Below are positions 1 through 9,075 of a DNA stretch of 64,000 nucleotides, in pieces; the first letter of the stretch is position 1, and every line of letters begins with the position of its first letter. The notes under the pieces are model-generated. The model saw nothing but the letters and a program-made list of their open reading frames with translations. It ran no database searches and was not told where the DNA came from. Position numbers and translations under genes: made by a program. The stretch comes from an uncultured Acidobacteriota bacterium (GTDB lineage Bacteria > Acidobacteriota > UBA6911 > RPQK01 > JAPXNP01), in the NCBI GenBank assembly GCA_963777605.1, contig CAVZRV010000030.1:224001-288000 (forward strand), written 5' to 3'.

Positions 1-1762
1 GGGGCGACCGGGGAATTGGGGATGCCGTCGAGGCGACGACCGACGGGTTTATCGCCCTGCTCGCCGACGGAGTGCGGTACCGGCCGGCGCACTATGTGAA
101 GAATGGGCTTGCCTGGTCGCGAAGCGACATTTCGGCGGAGCACCAGAAGAACATCTGGGGATGGAAGGTGGGACCGGACGGAAAGACCGTTGTCTACGAG
201 TACAGCACCGCAGCAATCCCGGAGCAGCTTTATCGTGGTGTCTTTTCCGGAACAAGCCTGGATGGGCCGGTGCAGGTGACCCATCTGAACCCGTCCTATG
301 AAAAGAAGCCCCGTGAGCGGGTGGAGATCATCAGCTGGAAAGGTGCCGACGGCGACCAGGTCGAAGGCTTGCTCTACTATCCGTTCGACTACAAGGAGGG
401 CAAGCGCTATCCTCTTATGCTGGCCATTCACGGTGGCCCCGCCGGATTTGATGGCGACTCCTGGAGCGAATCCTGGGCTTATCCTCGAGTTCTCCTGGCC
501 CAAAAGGGGGCCTTCGTCCTGAGCGTGAACTATCACGGCAGCGGTAACTACGGGCTGAAGTGGGTGGAGTCCATTTGCTGTGGCAAGTATTACGACCTCG
601 AGAGAGTTGACCTGGAAGCCGGAGTCGATTACTTAATCGAAAAGGGGCTGGCCGACCCGGACCGTCTGGGATCGATGGGGTGGTCCAACGGCGCCATCTT
701 GACCACCGAACTGGTCACCCGGAGCCATCGCTTCAAGGTGGCTTCAGCCGGGGCCGGCGACGTGGAGTGGATCAGCGACTGGGGCAATGTGATGTTCGGG
801 GCCTCCTTCGACAATTACTACTTCGGGAAGCCCCCTTACGAGGATCCCGAACTTTACGTGAAAAAGTCACCCTATTTTCGCCTCAAGGATGACACGACTC
901 CGACGATCCTCTACACGGGCACCGACGACGTCAACGTCCCGCCCAGCCAGAGTTGGTCCCACTTCAGGGTCCTCCAGCAGGCCACGAAAACGCCGGTCCG
1001 GTTCGTGGTGTTTCCCGGTGAGCCTCACGGGTTGCGGCAGTACCAGCACCAGAAACGCAAGCTCGACGAAGACCTGGCCTGGTTCGATCGCTATTTCTTC
1101 GAGACGCCGGACACCGGCAACCCCGCGGTCAAGGATGGGTCTCCGCTCCAGCGTTCGCTCAAGCTCACCAGGCGTCACGGTCGGGTGAGGTTTACGGTGT
1201 CCTGCAGAATGGCGTACTCGTCCCGGAGACGGTCTCATACAAGGGAGTCCAGATAGCCCGCTTCGAGGTTACCCGGGCCCAATACTCCGATTTTGCACCG
1301 GACTACCGGTTTCCCGAGGGCACTGGAAACTACCCCGCCAGTGGCATCACGTTCGACCGGGCGAAGGCCTATGCCGCATGGCTGTCCGAAAATACTGGAG
1401 AAACCTACGAACTACCTACCGTCGACGATGCGAGCCGGATCTACGGTTCGGGGAACGGTAACCAGAATACTCTGGACTACTGGGCCGGGTACTCTCCAAA
1501 TCCGGAGGATCGGGATCGACTTGCAGAAGCGGCGGCAAGTTTGGAAGGACCGGCTCCTCTGCTGTTGGAGGTGGGGCAGTTCCAGGGATCGGGTGACGAG
1601 GACCTGGTCTTTGACCTGGGTGGCAACGTTGCGGAGTGGGTGATCGGAGAGAGCGGCTCCGGACTCCTGAAAGGCGGAAGCGCCGATCTTCCAGCGAAGA
1701 CAAAGGAAGAAGATCTCAAGGCTTCGGAAAGCTACCGGGGTTTTCGAATCGTCAAGCGATAG
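1..1762 (+). CDS. S9 (prolyl oligopeptidase/acylaminoacyl peptidase family) serine peptidase with C-terminal FGE-sulfatase (SUMF1-like) domain; 5' end outside window; one frameshift near 1165-1172
   Basis: ORF 72..1256 has IHGGP, nucleophile GWSNG, Asp (DVNVP) and His (GEPHG). After a frame change the sequence reads IARFEVTRAQY..YPASGITFDRAKAYAAWLS..YELPT..FDLGGNVAEW..KGGS..GFRIVKR to the stop at 1762, typical of FGE-sulfatase domains. Confidence 0.8.
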
Positions 1763-1897
1763 GGCGCCAGAACCGGGAGCCGGGAATCTGGCTCCCGCTG
1801 CAGACGTTAGCCTCGCCTCCCGCGGAGCGTTCGGATGATTCATAAGGCGAAATTTGGCAAGGGTGTTTTGAGCCGCGGAGGCTCAAACTGTCTCAGG

Positions 1898-4345
1898 CTA
1901 GGGCCGGGCGGCAAGGTATCCCCAGACGTACGAAACCGTCCCCATGGTCTGCTGAGGGGTCCAGTCGGTCATCGCGGGCCAGCGGTAAACGTCGAAGTAT
2001 GCTTCCGTCAGGGGCCAGCTCAAAGGATCGGGGACACAGGCCGTTCCCAGTTCATGACGGAGTGGCCCGAGAGCCTTCTCGTCGCCGTGCTGGCGGGCGT
2101 AGTCGAACTGACCGTAAACGGTGATGCCGGAAGGTGCGTTCTGCCCGGAAACCCGGCTGTCGATGTGAAACGGGTTTCGAAGCGGGTTGATCCCCAGGCC
2201 GGTGGTGTAGACCAGGTTGGAGGGATTGGCTCCCAGTGAGTACTGCGTCGCGCGGACGATTGCCTCCAGGTAACGCACCTCGCCGGTCAGGTAGTGTGCT
2301 CGACAAAGCTGTACGACGTCCGGTGTACTGAAAAAACCGTCTCCTGGCGGGCGATCAGGATCGGATGAGGTGAGGCCAAATGCGCTGTCAGTCTGGAACT
2401 CGAGGGCCCGTTCAGCATCGGCGATTACCGCCGCCCGTGCCTTCTTGCGGAGGTCCGGGTCGGTCAGGGTTTCGTCCATCGTGGCGTAAAGAAAGGCGGC
2501 GTCTCCGACGTTCGCGTCCATTAACGGATCGGCGGTGTCCGGGTTTTCGAGAACGGGTTCCTCGCGGAAGACCATGTGCCATCTCGGGTCTTGGGTCAGC
2601 CGATAGAGCTCGAGTGCTGCCAGTTGCCGTTCATACCGGACGGTTTCAGGCTTTCGAGGAATCGACGAATCATTCAGCCAGTCCGGGTAGCGCTTCTCGG
2701 CCCACTCCATGGCCATGAGGGCGGTTCGACGATAGGCCGGAGCGCTGACGTCCATTCGTTGTTCGAGAAGGAAGGCGGCACGGGCGGCCAACCCGGCATA
2801 ATAGTAGCTCGACCAGATGTCGGGGGCGAAGGCCAGCACCGTGAGGGATTCCTGCCAGCTGGCTTCCCCGGCTCTGGGACTGGCTTCGGCTTCGATCCCT
2901 CCCCGGACACCTCCGTCAGGCTCCTGCATCCGCCGGTAGCAGCTGACGTTGAAGATCGCTTCGTCCAGGATGTCCGGAAGCGAGTTGCCCGATTCCGGGA
3001 TTTCGAGGTCGAGAGATGCGAAGTAAGTGGGGAACAGGGTGAGCAGTTCCAGTTGAAGGCGGCTGGGGCGCAGGTGGACGATCCGGCGATCCCAGGCGCC
3101 CGAATCCTGGTAGCCTCCCCAGGCGTTGGTGACCAGCTTCTCGACCTTGCCTGCAACCAGGTTGCCGAATCTGTCCTTGTCGGTTCCCAGGCAGTTGAGG
3201 CCGTCGCCCGAATTCATCAAGGTCGTCGTCGAGTCCACCACGTTGAACCCGTCGCCGGAGTGATAGCCCATAGGGCGCCGGTAGCCGGTGAAGGGTTGTC
3301 CCAGTTCAATGCCGCTCCGAATGTGGTAAAAGCCTTTCATGCTGGTCTTGAAGGCGTCCAGCCAGGCACGTGGTCCCAGCTGAAACGGGTAACTGCAGCC
3401 GATGCCATCCACGCAGACCCGGTACCGGCCCTCCTCCGACAGATCGCCAAAGTCCAGTCGATAGACGGCCGTTCCGCTCGAGATCTGCGGTGAGGAGGGG
3501 GCGTCCGGGCCGTTCGCGCCACGAACCAGGAGTGACTGTCCCTGGTAGGCGGTAGCGCCCCGGTCATCGCTGACGACTCGGAACTTCGGAGGCTCGGGGT
3601 AGGTGTATCCGCCTCCGGTTCCGAGCCATACCGAGAGGAATGCAGTCTTGACCGGATCGTCGGGCCTGAACCCCACTTGCGAAACGTGGACCGCATCGCT
3701 CCGATTCTCCATCGGGCGATGCAGGTAGGTTACGGTGTCCGGAGTGACGTTGAGATTGCGAAAAGTGACCTGGTAGGAGGTGCCGTCCTGTAGACTGGCC
3801 GGAAGTTTCAGGTAGACGGTGTGTTCGACAGGCATTTCCCGCGTGGGCTCGACCCAGTTCGTCGGCCGGCTCTTGCGGAAGACTGCGACCGGAACGAGCG
3901 GTTTCTCGGACCCGGCTTCATCGGTCCAGGTGACCGCGTAGTTCGCCGGGTTTGCCAGTTGATCGGCGTCGAGTGCCTCGCCCCGGATCTTCTCGAACAG
4001 GGTCAGTGTCTTTTGATCTTTGCCGGCAATCCAGCCGATCGGATTGCCGTCCCGAAACAGGGTGCGGGCGACGACAATCCCCCGTTCGTTGGTCTCCTCG
4101 TGAATCTGATCGTCCGGTTCGGCTTCGTAGGGGACCTGGGAGTGCGGTTGGACCCATTGAGCCTGAATGGAAATGGCCAGGATATCGGGAGCGACAGCCC
4201 CGGTACGGACGACCGTCGGGACCTCCGGACGGAGGTCTTGAGTAAGCGCCGGTTCGGTTGCGCGGTCGGAATCCCAGCCGCAGGAGGGGAGAAGCAACGT
4301 GATCGAGATCAACAGCAACAGGCACCGGCAGAATTTCAGTTCCAT
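1898..4345 (-). CDS. Glycoside hydrolase family 9 (cellulase-like) lipoprotein with N-terminal Ig-like domain; catalytic motifs appear substituted
   Basis: Lipobox-like LLLPSC. VHVSQVGFRPDD..K (CelD_N Ig domain), GIGCSYPF, GFYHIRSG, WGGYQDSGAWDRR, PDILDE, LGANP..YTTGLG. Start placed at MELKF (4345). Confidence 0.8.
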   Translation of the reverse strand: MELKFCRCLLLLISITLLLPSCGWDSDRATEPALTQDLRPEVPTVVRTGAVAPDILAISIQAQWVQPHSQVPYEAEPDDQIHEETNERGIVVARTLFRDGNPIGWIAGKDQKTLTLFEKIRGEALDADQLANPANYAVTWTDEAGSEKPLVPVAVFRKSRPTNWVEPTREMPVEHTVYLKLPASLQDGTSYQVTFRNLNVTPDTVTYLHRPMENRSDAVHVSQVGFRPDDPVKTAFLSVWLGTGGGYTYPEPPKFRVVSDDRGATAYQGQSLLVRGANGPDAPSSPQISSGTAVYRLDFGDLSEEGRYRVCVDGIGCSYPFQLGPRAWLDAFKTSMKGFYHIRSGIELGQPFTGYRRPMGYHSGDGFNVVDSTTTLMNSGDGLNCLGTDKDRFGNLVAGKVEKLVTNAWGGYQDSGAWDRRIVHLRPSRLQLELLTLFPTYFASLDLEIPESGNSLPDILDEAIFNVSCYRRMQEPDGGVRGGIEAEASPRAGEASWQESLTVLAFAPDIWSSYYYAGLAARAAFLLEQRMDVSAPAYRRTALMAMEWAEKRYPDWLNDSSIPRKPETVRYERQLAALELYRLTQDPRWHMVFREEPVLENPDTADPLMDANVGDAAFLYATMDETLTDPDLRKKARAAVIADAERALEFQTDSAFGLTSSDPDRPPGDGFFSTPDVVQLCRAHYLTGEVRYLEAIVRATQYSLGANPSNLVYTTGLGINPLRNPFHIDSRVSGQNAPSGITVYGQFDYARQHGDEKALGPLRHELGTACVPDPLSWPLTEAYFDVYRWPAMTDWTPQQTMGTVSYVWGYLAARP

Positions 4346-4531
4346 CTGAACCGAATACCCTGCTTTGGGTGCCTGCGTCAACCGAACCGGCATCCAGCTC
4401 CGACCATGGAAATGAAAACATCTTTGCCGGATCCGTGGGGAGCGACGGGCAGTTTTCTCGGTTGCCCAGTTCACAGCAGGGCAGCGGTCCCGGTGTGAAC
4501 TGGCATTCCATCATGCACCGGATCACCCGGT

Positions 4532-4909
4532 TCAGTGACAGCCTCCCTGGTGGCCATGCCCGGCACAGGAATCCAGTTCGTTTACCGGTCTCAGTTGGCC
4601 GGAAGTGAGGCCTTTCAGGGCGTCCTCCACGGTTCCATTGTTGGAGGAATAGACTGGGATTCCGGCCTGCCTCAGTGCAGACAGGGCCCCCCGCCCAATT
4701 CCCCCGACGACGACGGCATCGACTTCCCGGCCGGTCAGGTGGGAGAGCGGGCTGCAATGGCCGTGCTCGTGATGGTCCGACTGGTTGTCGATAGCTTCGA
4801 GAATTTCACCTGTTTCGTCAACGAGAAGAAATCCCGGAGCTGATCCAAAGTGCCCATAGACGGCACTGTCCAGCCCGTAGTTGGTAGCGATAGGAATCAG
4901 TATTTTCAT
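4532..4909 (-). CDS. NifB/NifX family (dinitrogenase FeMo-cofactor-like) metal-cluster binding protein
   Basis: MKILIP..HFGSAP..HHEHGHC..DAVVVGGIGRGA motif set; His/Cys tail; overlaps the stop of the DUF134 gene. Confidence 0.85.
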   Translation of the reverse strand: MKILIPIATNYGLDSAVYGHFGSAPGFLLVDETGEILEAIDNQSDHHEHGHCSPLSHLTGREVDAVVVGGIGRGALSALRQAGIPVYSSNNGTVEDALKGLTSGQLRPVNELDSCAGHGHQGGCH

Positions 4910-5364
4910 CGGTTGTCTCCTTCGACCTGGCTTGAGCCGGATCGATCTCTATCCGTTTCACGTTTGAGCGAGTTTCGTGCTTCCTGGGCTTGTTGACACC
5001 GCCGGCGACGCCGATCGCATTCATGATCGGTCCACGTCCCGTTGTCCTCTTTCCTGCCATCGGGAGCAGGCTTTTCCATCGAGACAACGCCTCCTTCGAT
5101 CTTGAGCGCCGTGCCCCGGACCAGAAATCGGGCCACCTTTCGTCGAGCCTCCGCGACGAGCCTGGAAAAGGTTGGGCGCGATATCCCCATCTGCTCGGCG
5201 GCAGCCTCCTGGTAGAGTCCCTCGTGATCGGCCAACCGGAGAGCTTCAAACTCGTCCAGAGTCAGGTTGACCTCTTCGAGGACCCGCATCGGGACACCTT
5301 GCGGCTTGAAGTATGCCGCACCAGGTTCTGCGTTCACTTTTCTGCAGCAACAGGGCCTAGCCAT
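4906..5364 (-). CDS. DUF134 family predicted HTH DNA-binding protein
   Basis: MARP..R.V..FKPQGVP..LTLDEFEALRLADHEGLYQEAAAEQMGISRPTF..ARRKVA..IEGG signature. Confidence 0.9.
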   Translation of the reverse strand: MARPCCCRKVNAEPGAAYFKPQGVPMRVLEEVNLTLDEFEALRLADHEGLYQEAAAEQMGISRPTFSRLVAEARRKVARFLVRGTALKIEGGVVSMEKPAPDGRKEDNGTWTDHECDRRRRRCQQAQEARNSLKRETDRDRSGSSQVEGDNR

Positions 5365-5378
5365 GAAAGGATAATTTT

Positions 5379-5400
5379 ATTATGAACATATGTTCAGAAT
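5379..5400. promoter_or_regulatory. Palindromic operator candidate upstream of the DUF134-NifB/X operon
   Basis: ATTATGAACATATGTTCAGAAT with a perfect core TGAACATATGTTCA (5383-5396), abutting a -10 hexamer TAAAAT (5374-5379, minus strand). Confidence 0.6.
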
Positions 5401-5635
5401 CAACTATGAAAATACCGGGCGTGCAAAGATTTTCAGTGTCTTGAAACCATAAGAACTTTGCCGTCCTTAGTGACTTCGTGGTTTGGAAAATCGATCAAAA
5501 TCGCGGTTGCGGTGACAGGGTTGCCCGCGAACGACCGGGAAAGCCGGCGCGGGCTGAGGTCGAATTGTTGGGATCGGATCTCCTGTAGACTGGGACGGGC
5601 TCAATGCTGCATCACCGGTGGAGGGAGGTATCTGA

Positions 5636-6358
5636 GTGCCCGAGTGGTTGAAAGCGGATCTGCATACTCACACTGCTGAAGACCCCGTTGACGGGGGGCG
5701 GATGGTGACCATCCCCGCGAAGACCCTGATCCGGAAGTGTGCAGAGGCGGGATTCCAAGTCCTGGCAATTACCAACCACAACCATCTCCACTTCTCCGAA
5801 GAGCTAAGCGACTATGCCCGCGACCTGGGGGTTCTCCTTATTCCCGCTGTAGAAGCCACCATCGAACGGCGTCACATTCTCCTCTACAATTTCCCGGACT
5901 ATCGGCCGTCCTGGCGAAAAGTCAGCGACGTGCGGAAGGCGAAGGGGCCCGAACAGATGGTAATTGCCCCTCACCCCTTCTACCCGGTCAGGTCAGCACT
6001 GCGCAGGAAGTTTTTCGAATGGATCGACCTCTTTGACGCTGTGGAGCTGAGTTCGCTCTTCATGACGGGCCTCGACTTCAACTGCCGGGCCCGAAAGGAG
6101 GCCGCCCGGGCGGGCCTTCCCCTGGTAGCCAACAACGATCTTCATTTCCTCTCCCAGTTGGGCGTGAACTACTCCGAAATATACGCTGAGCCTTCGGTAG
6201 AATCGGTGATCAAGGCCGTGAAGCAGGGCAACGTCCGTGCGGTGACGGGCCGTTCCGGGTTCTGGTTTGTCACCCGCTGGTTCTTCCAGATGTTCAGCAA
6301 TCAGACCCGGTTTGCGCTGGCCTCAAGCCGGAACGCGTGCCTGCCGGGGATGGAATAG
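5636..6358 (+). CDS. PHP domain metal-dependent phosphoesterase
   Basis: DLHTHT, AITNHN, E..HILL, PHPF and NDLH metal-ligand motifs. Confidence 0.85.
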   Translation: MPEWLKADLHTHTAEDPVDGGRMVTIPAKTLIRKCAEAGFQVLAITNHNHLHFSEELSDYARDLGVLLIPAVEATIERRHILLYNFPDYRPSWRKVSDVRKAKGPEQMVIAPHPFYPVRSALRRKFFEWIDLFDAVELSSLFMTGLDFNCRARKEAARAGLPLVANNDLHFLSQLGVNYSEIYAEPSVESVIKAVKQGNVRAVTGRSGFWFVTRWFFQMFSNQTRFALASSRNACLPGME

Positions 6359-6913
6359 AAGCCTCAGGAACCGGAAGAAGATATAGATCACGGAGAGGAA
6401 TAGCCCCATCAGAGCCAGGCCGACCCCAATCGCGAGGTAAGGATGGTGGCTCATCAGCCACAAGATTCCGAGGCTGACTCCGTCCTCCAGAAAACTGAGC
6501 GTCCAGTTGCTGAAAGGTTCGGGGCTTGCGTTCACCGCAAGTCGCGTGCTCGCCTTGGCCCCGTGCGCGGACAAGCTGACGAAGCCACCCAGAAGCGCGA
6601 CGATCCACGTCCAGTGGGAAGGCATTCCGCTCATGGCTCCGACGGCGAGAATGGCCCCGGCCGGGGTACGAATGAAGGTGTGAACCGCATCCCAAGTGCT
6701 GTCGACGTAGGGAATCTTGTCGGCGATGAACTCGATTATGAACAGGGCACCGGCTGCCGTAAGAACCCAGGGATTGGAGAGAACCTGGAGATCGCTGGGC
6801 AGATGGATGACATTGAAACGATTCAGCAACCCGAGGCTGAGCACGGTCAGGTAGAGATTCAGTCCTGCGGCCAGACTGGAGCCGAACGCCAGAGCGAGTT
6901 GTGAAATGTCCAT
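6323..6913 (-). CDS. DUF4126 family membrane protein
   Basis: AAGLNLYL, EFIADKIPYVDSTWDAVHTFIR, SPEPFSN..SFLED motifs; several TM helices. Confidence 0.85.
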   Translation of the reverse strand: MDISQLALAFGSSLAAGLNLYLTVLSLGLLNRFNVIHLPSDLQVLSNPWVLTAAGALFIIEFIADKIPYVDSTWDAVHTFIRTPAGAILAVGAMSGMPSHWTWIVALLGGFVSLSAHGAKASTRLAVNASPEPFSNWTLSFLEDGVSLGILWLMSHHPYLAIGVGLALMGLFLSVIYIFFRFLRLLFHPRQARVPA

Positions 6914-7004
6914 TGCCTAATCTTTACGAAGTTCCGGCCGGATTTGTTCGACTCCCGCAGTCCTCTACGGCGACCGGCCTTGGGGCCGAAGCTGGGTCGG
7001 CCAG

Positions 7005-7424
7005 CTACTCACCAATTATTTTAACCAGAACCCGCTTTGGGCGCCGCCCATCAAACTCGGCATAGAAAATCTGTTCCCAGGGTCCGAAATCGAGACGTCC
7101 CCCGGTTATTGCGACGACGACTTCCCGGCCCATTACCTGTCGTTTCAGGTGGGCGTCTCCATTGTCCTCGCCCGTCCGGTTATGGCGATAGTGGGCTATC
7201 GGCTCGTGAGGGGCGAGGTTCTCGAGCCAGTCGTCGTAGTCCTGGAGCAGGCCCGATTCGTCGTCGTTGATGTACACGCTCGCCGTGATGTGCATGGCGT
7301 TGACGAGGCAGAGACCTTCCTGGACGCCGCTGCGGTGAACCAGTTCCTCGACCTTCGGTGTGATGTTGATGTATTCCCGGCGCTTGCTGGTCTGGAAAAC
7401 CAGGTGTTCGGTCAGGCTCTTCAT
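7005..7424 (-). CDS. yjbQ: YjbQ family protein (secondary thiamine-phosphate synthase-like)
   Basis: [40 protein letters not shown]; start at MKSLTEH. Confidence 0.9.
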   Translation of the reverse strand: MKSLTEHLVFQTSKRREYINITPKVEELVHRSGVQEGLCLVNAMHITASVYINDDESGLLQDYDDWLENLAPHEPIAHYRHNRTGEDNGDAHLKRQVMGREVVVAITGGRLDFGPWEQIFYAEFDGRRPKRVLVKIIGE

Positions 7425-7491
7425 GACATTCAGTCTACTCCCGGGAGCGGGTGGCATCCAGCTTGTGGATTCAGTTGCCTGGGCCTCTGTC

Positions 7492-9075
7492 TCATCCCGA
7501 AGCCGCTTTCCGATCGTGGATTCCCAGGAACTCCAGGCGGTGGAATCGGACTTTCGGCGTCGCAGACTCGGGCGGGCCATCGTCGGGCCCGGGTTCCAGC
7601 ACAATGGTTACGGTGTTCCTACCCGGCCGAACGGGGACAGATCGCTCGAATCCCCACCTTTCCCCCCGCTTCAGAACCTGAGAGCTCGAAACCACAGCTC
7701 CATCGACGAAGATCCGAATAACCGTGCCCGCCTGAAGCGGTTCCGCCTCGACGCCCAGCATAATCGCGCGAAAGCGTCGGTTACGGAATTCCAGCCGGAT
7801 TTCCCTCCCGGCCCCGATCCGCGCCGCGGACTGCTCCGGGGAGAGCTGGACGAGGCCCCGCTGGGCAATCTCCCAGTCGGCGATTCCGCTGACGAGATCG
7901 GCGTCGGTCAGTTCCACTATTGGACCGGGACGGGAAAGTCCCGCCAGAGGCTGGAGGGTGCTGATGATCCAGGATGCGCACTCGGCATGGCCAAAGGCGC
8001 TCAGGTGTCCGTCTTCCGGAGAGAGGAAATAGTCGGGGTAGGGCATGTCACTGTCGGCGATGCGGGAACGAGCCGAGATGGTCGGCACGCCAAGGTCGGA
8101 AAAGATCTTCTCGAAGCGGCGGGTATCATAGTCCTCCTCGATCGGGGAGTCGAAGACGTCGGCGAGGGACTCCCACTCTTCCGGAAAGCTTTTGAGAAAG
8201 GGGATGACCAGCGCCACAAGAGGAATATTCTTCCGGTCGGTCGTCTCTTTGATGGAACGCAGAATCGCCTCGGTCGTCTGCCAGCAGTCACGGATCGCGG
8301 CCGGCTGGTGAGAGTCTGCTGTAGTCGAGTAGACGGCCCCTTCAGCGTCGAGGCCCCGGCTTCGAGCCCGGGATCGGAAGTATTCACGGCGGCGCAGGTC
8401 CTGGTTGCTCTCCGAGGGGAGAAAGTCGTCGGGGAGTGACCCCACGGGGGTGCCGAAAGCATTTTCCGCGAGGCCGAAAAGCCGGAGCCGGCTGCGCAGA
8501 AATTCCCGCCAGGGATGCAGGTCTGATCGCAGGAGCCGGCCATCACGCACGACGAAATATGGCCGGTGCAGATCCTGGAGAGAACAGGTATCGGCAAGGA
8601 TGCGGCAATTGTTGCAGAAATCATTGAACGGGAATGTCTGGATGACGACCGCATCAGGATCGAACTGAAGCCCGATTTCCTGGAGCGCAAGCAACTCCTG
8701 GGCGCTGCCCCAGTCGTCAACCGCCAGCGAAACGACGTGCCACGTCTTCTTTTCCCGTCCCAGCCAGGATTCGAGCCGGCCCGGGATGGTGGAGTCAAAG
8801 GGGAGGCTGATCCCGGCCGTGAAAGAGTCTCCCAAAACGAGAATACGGCCCTCGCCCGGCGGTTTCTCCCGGGGCATCGGGCGGAAGCGAAACCCGGTCT
8901 CGTTGAGGCCCTGGATTCGGCTGGATTGTGGATCCATGGTCCAGCCCAAGGCGGGACTGTAGCGCCAGATTGGAGACGGGTTCGGATCATATGACAACAA
9001 GCGAAGTCCCACTTCGAGCATGGCGATCACGAGGCAGAACGACAGCACCATTACTGCGAGCTTACGAAGGATCAC
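7492..9075 (-). CDS. Membrane-anchored SGNH/GDSL hydrolase (possible polysaccharide O-acetyltransferase/esterase) with C-terminal beta-sandwich
   Basis: N-terminal TM (LEVGLRL), NETGFR, LGDSFT, FND and DGHLS..GH motifs. Confidence 0.75.
   Translation of the reverse strand: MILRKLAVMVLSFCLVIAMLEVGLRLLSYDPNPSPIWRYSPALGWTMDPQSSRIQGLNETGFRFRPMPREKPPGEGRILVLGDSFTAGISLPFDSTIPGRLESWLGREKKTWHVVSLAVDDWGSAQELLALQEIGLQFDPDAVVIQTFPFNDFCNNCRILADTCSLQDLHRPYFVVRDGRLLRSDLHPWREFLRSRLRLFGLAENAFGTPVGSLPDDFLPSESNQDLRRREYFRSRARSRGLDAEGAVYSTTADSHQPAAIRDCWQTTEAILRSIKETTDRKNIPLVALVIPFLKSFPEEWESLADVFDSPIEEDYDTRRFEKIFSDLGVPTISARSRIADSDMPYPDYFLSPEDGHLSAFGHAECASWIISTLQPLAGLSRPGPIVELTDADLVSGIADWEIAQRGLVQLSPEQSAARIGAGREIRLEFRNRRFRAIMLGVEAEPLQAGTVIRIFVDGAVVSSSQVLKRGERWGFERSVPVRPGRNTVTIVLEPGPDDGPPESATPKVRFHRLEFLGIHDRKAASG

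Noticed and set aside
1170-1762. FGE/C-type-lectin domain as a diversity-generating retroelement target
   Set aside because: No reverse transcriptase and no template repeat with adenine-specific mismatches seen in the window.
4532-4909. Nitrogen fixation locus
   Set aside because: Stand-alone NifB/NifX-domain proteins beside DUF134 are common in non-diazotrophs; no nifHDK.
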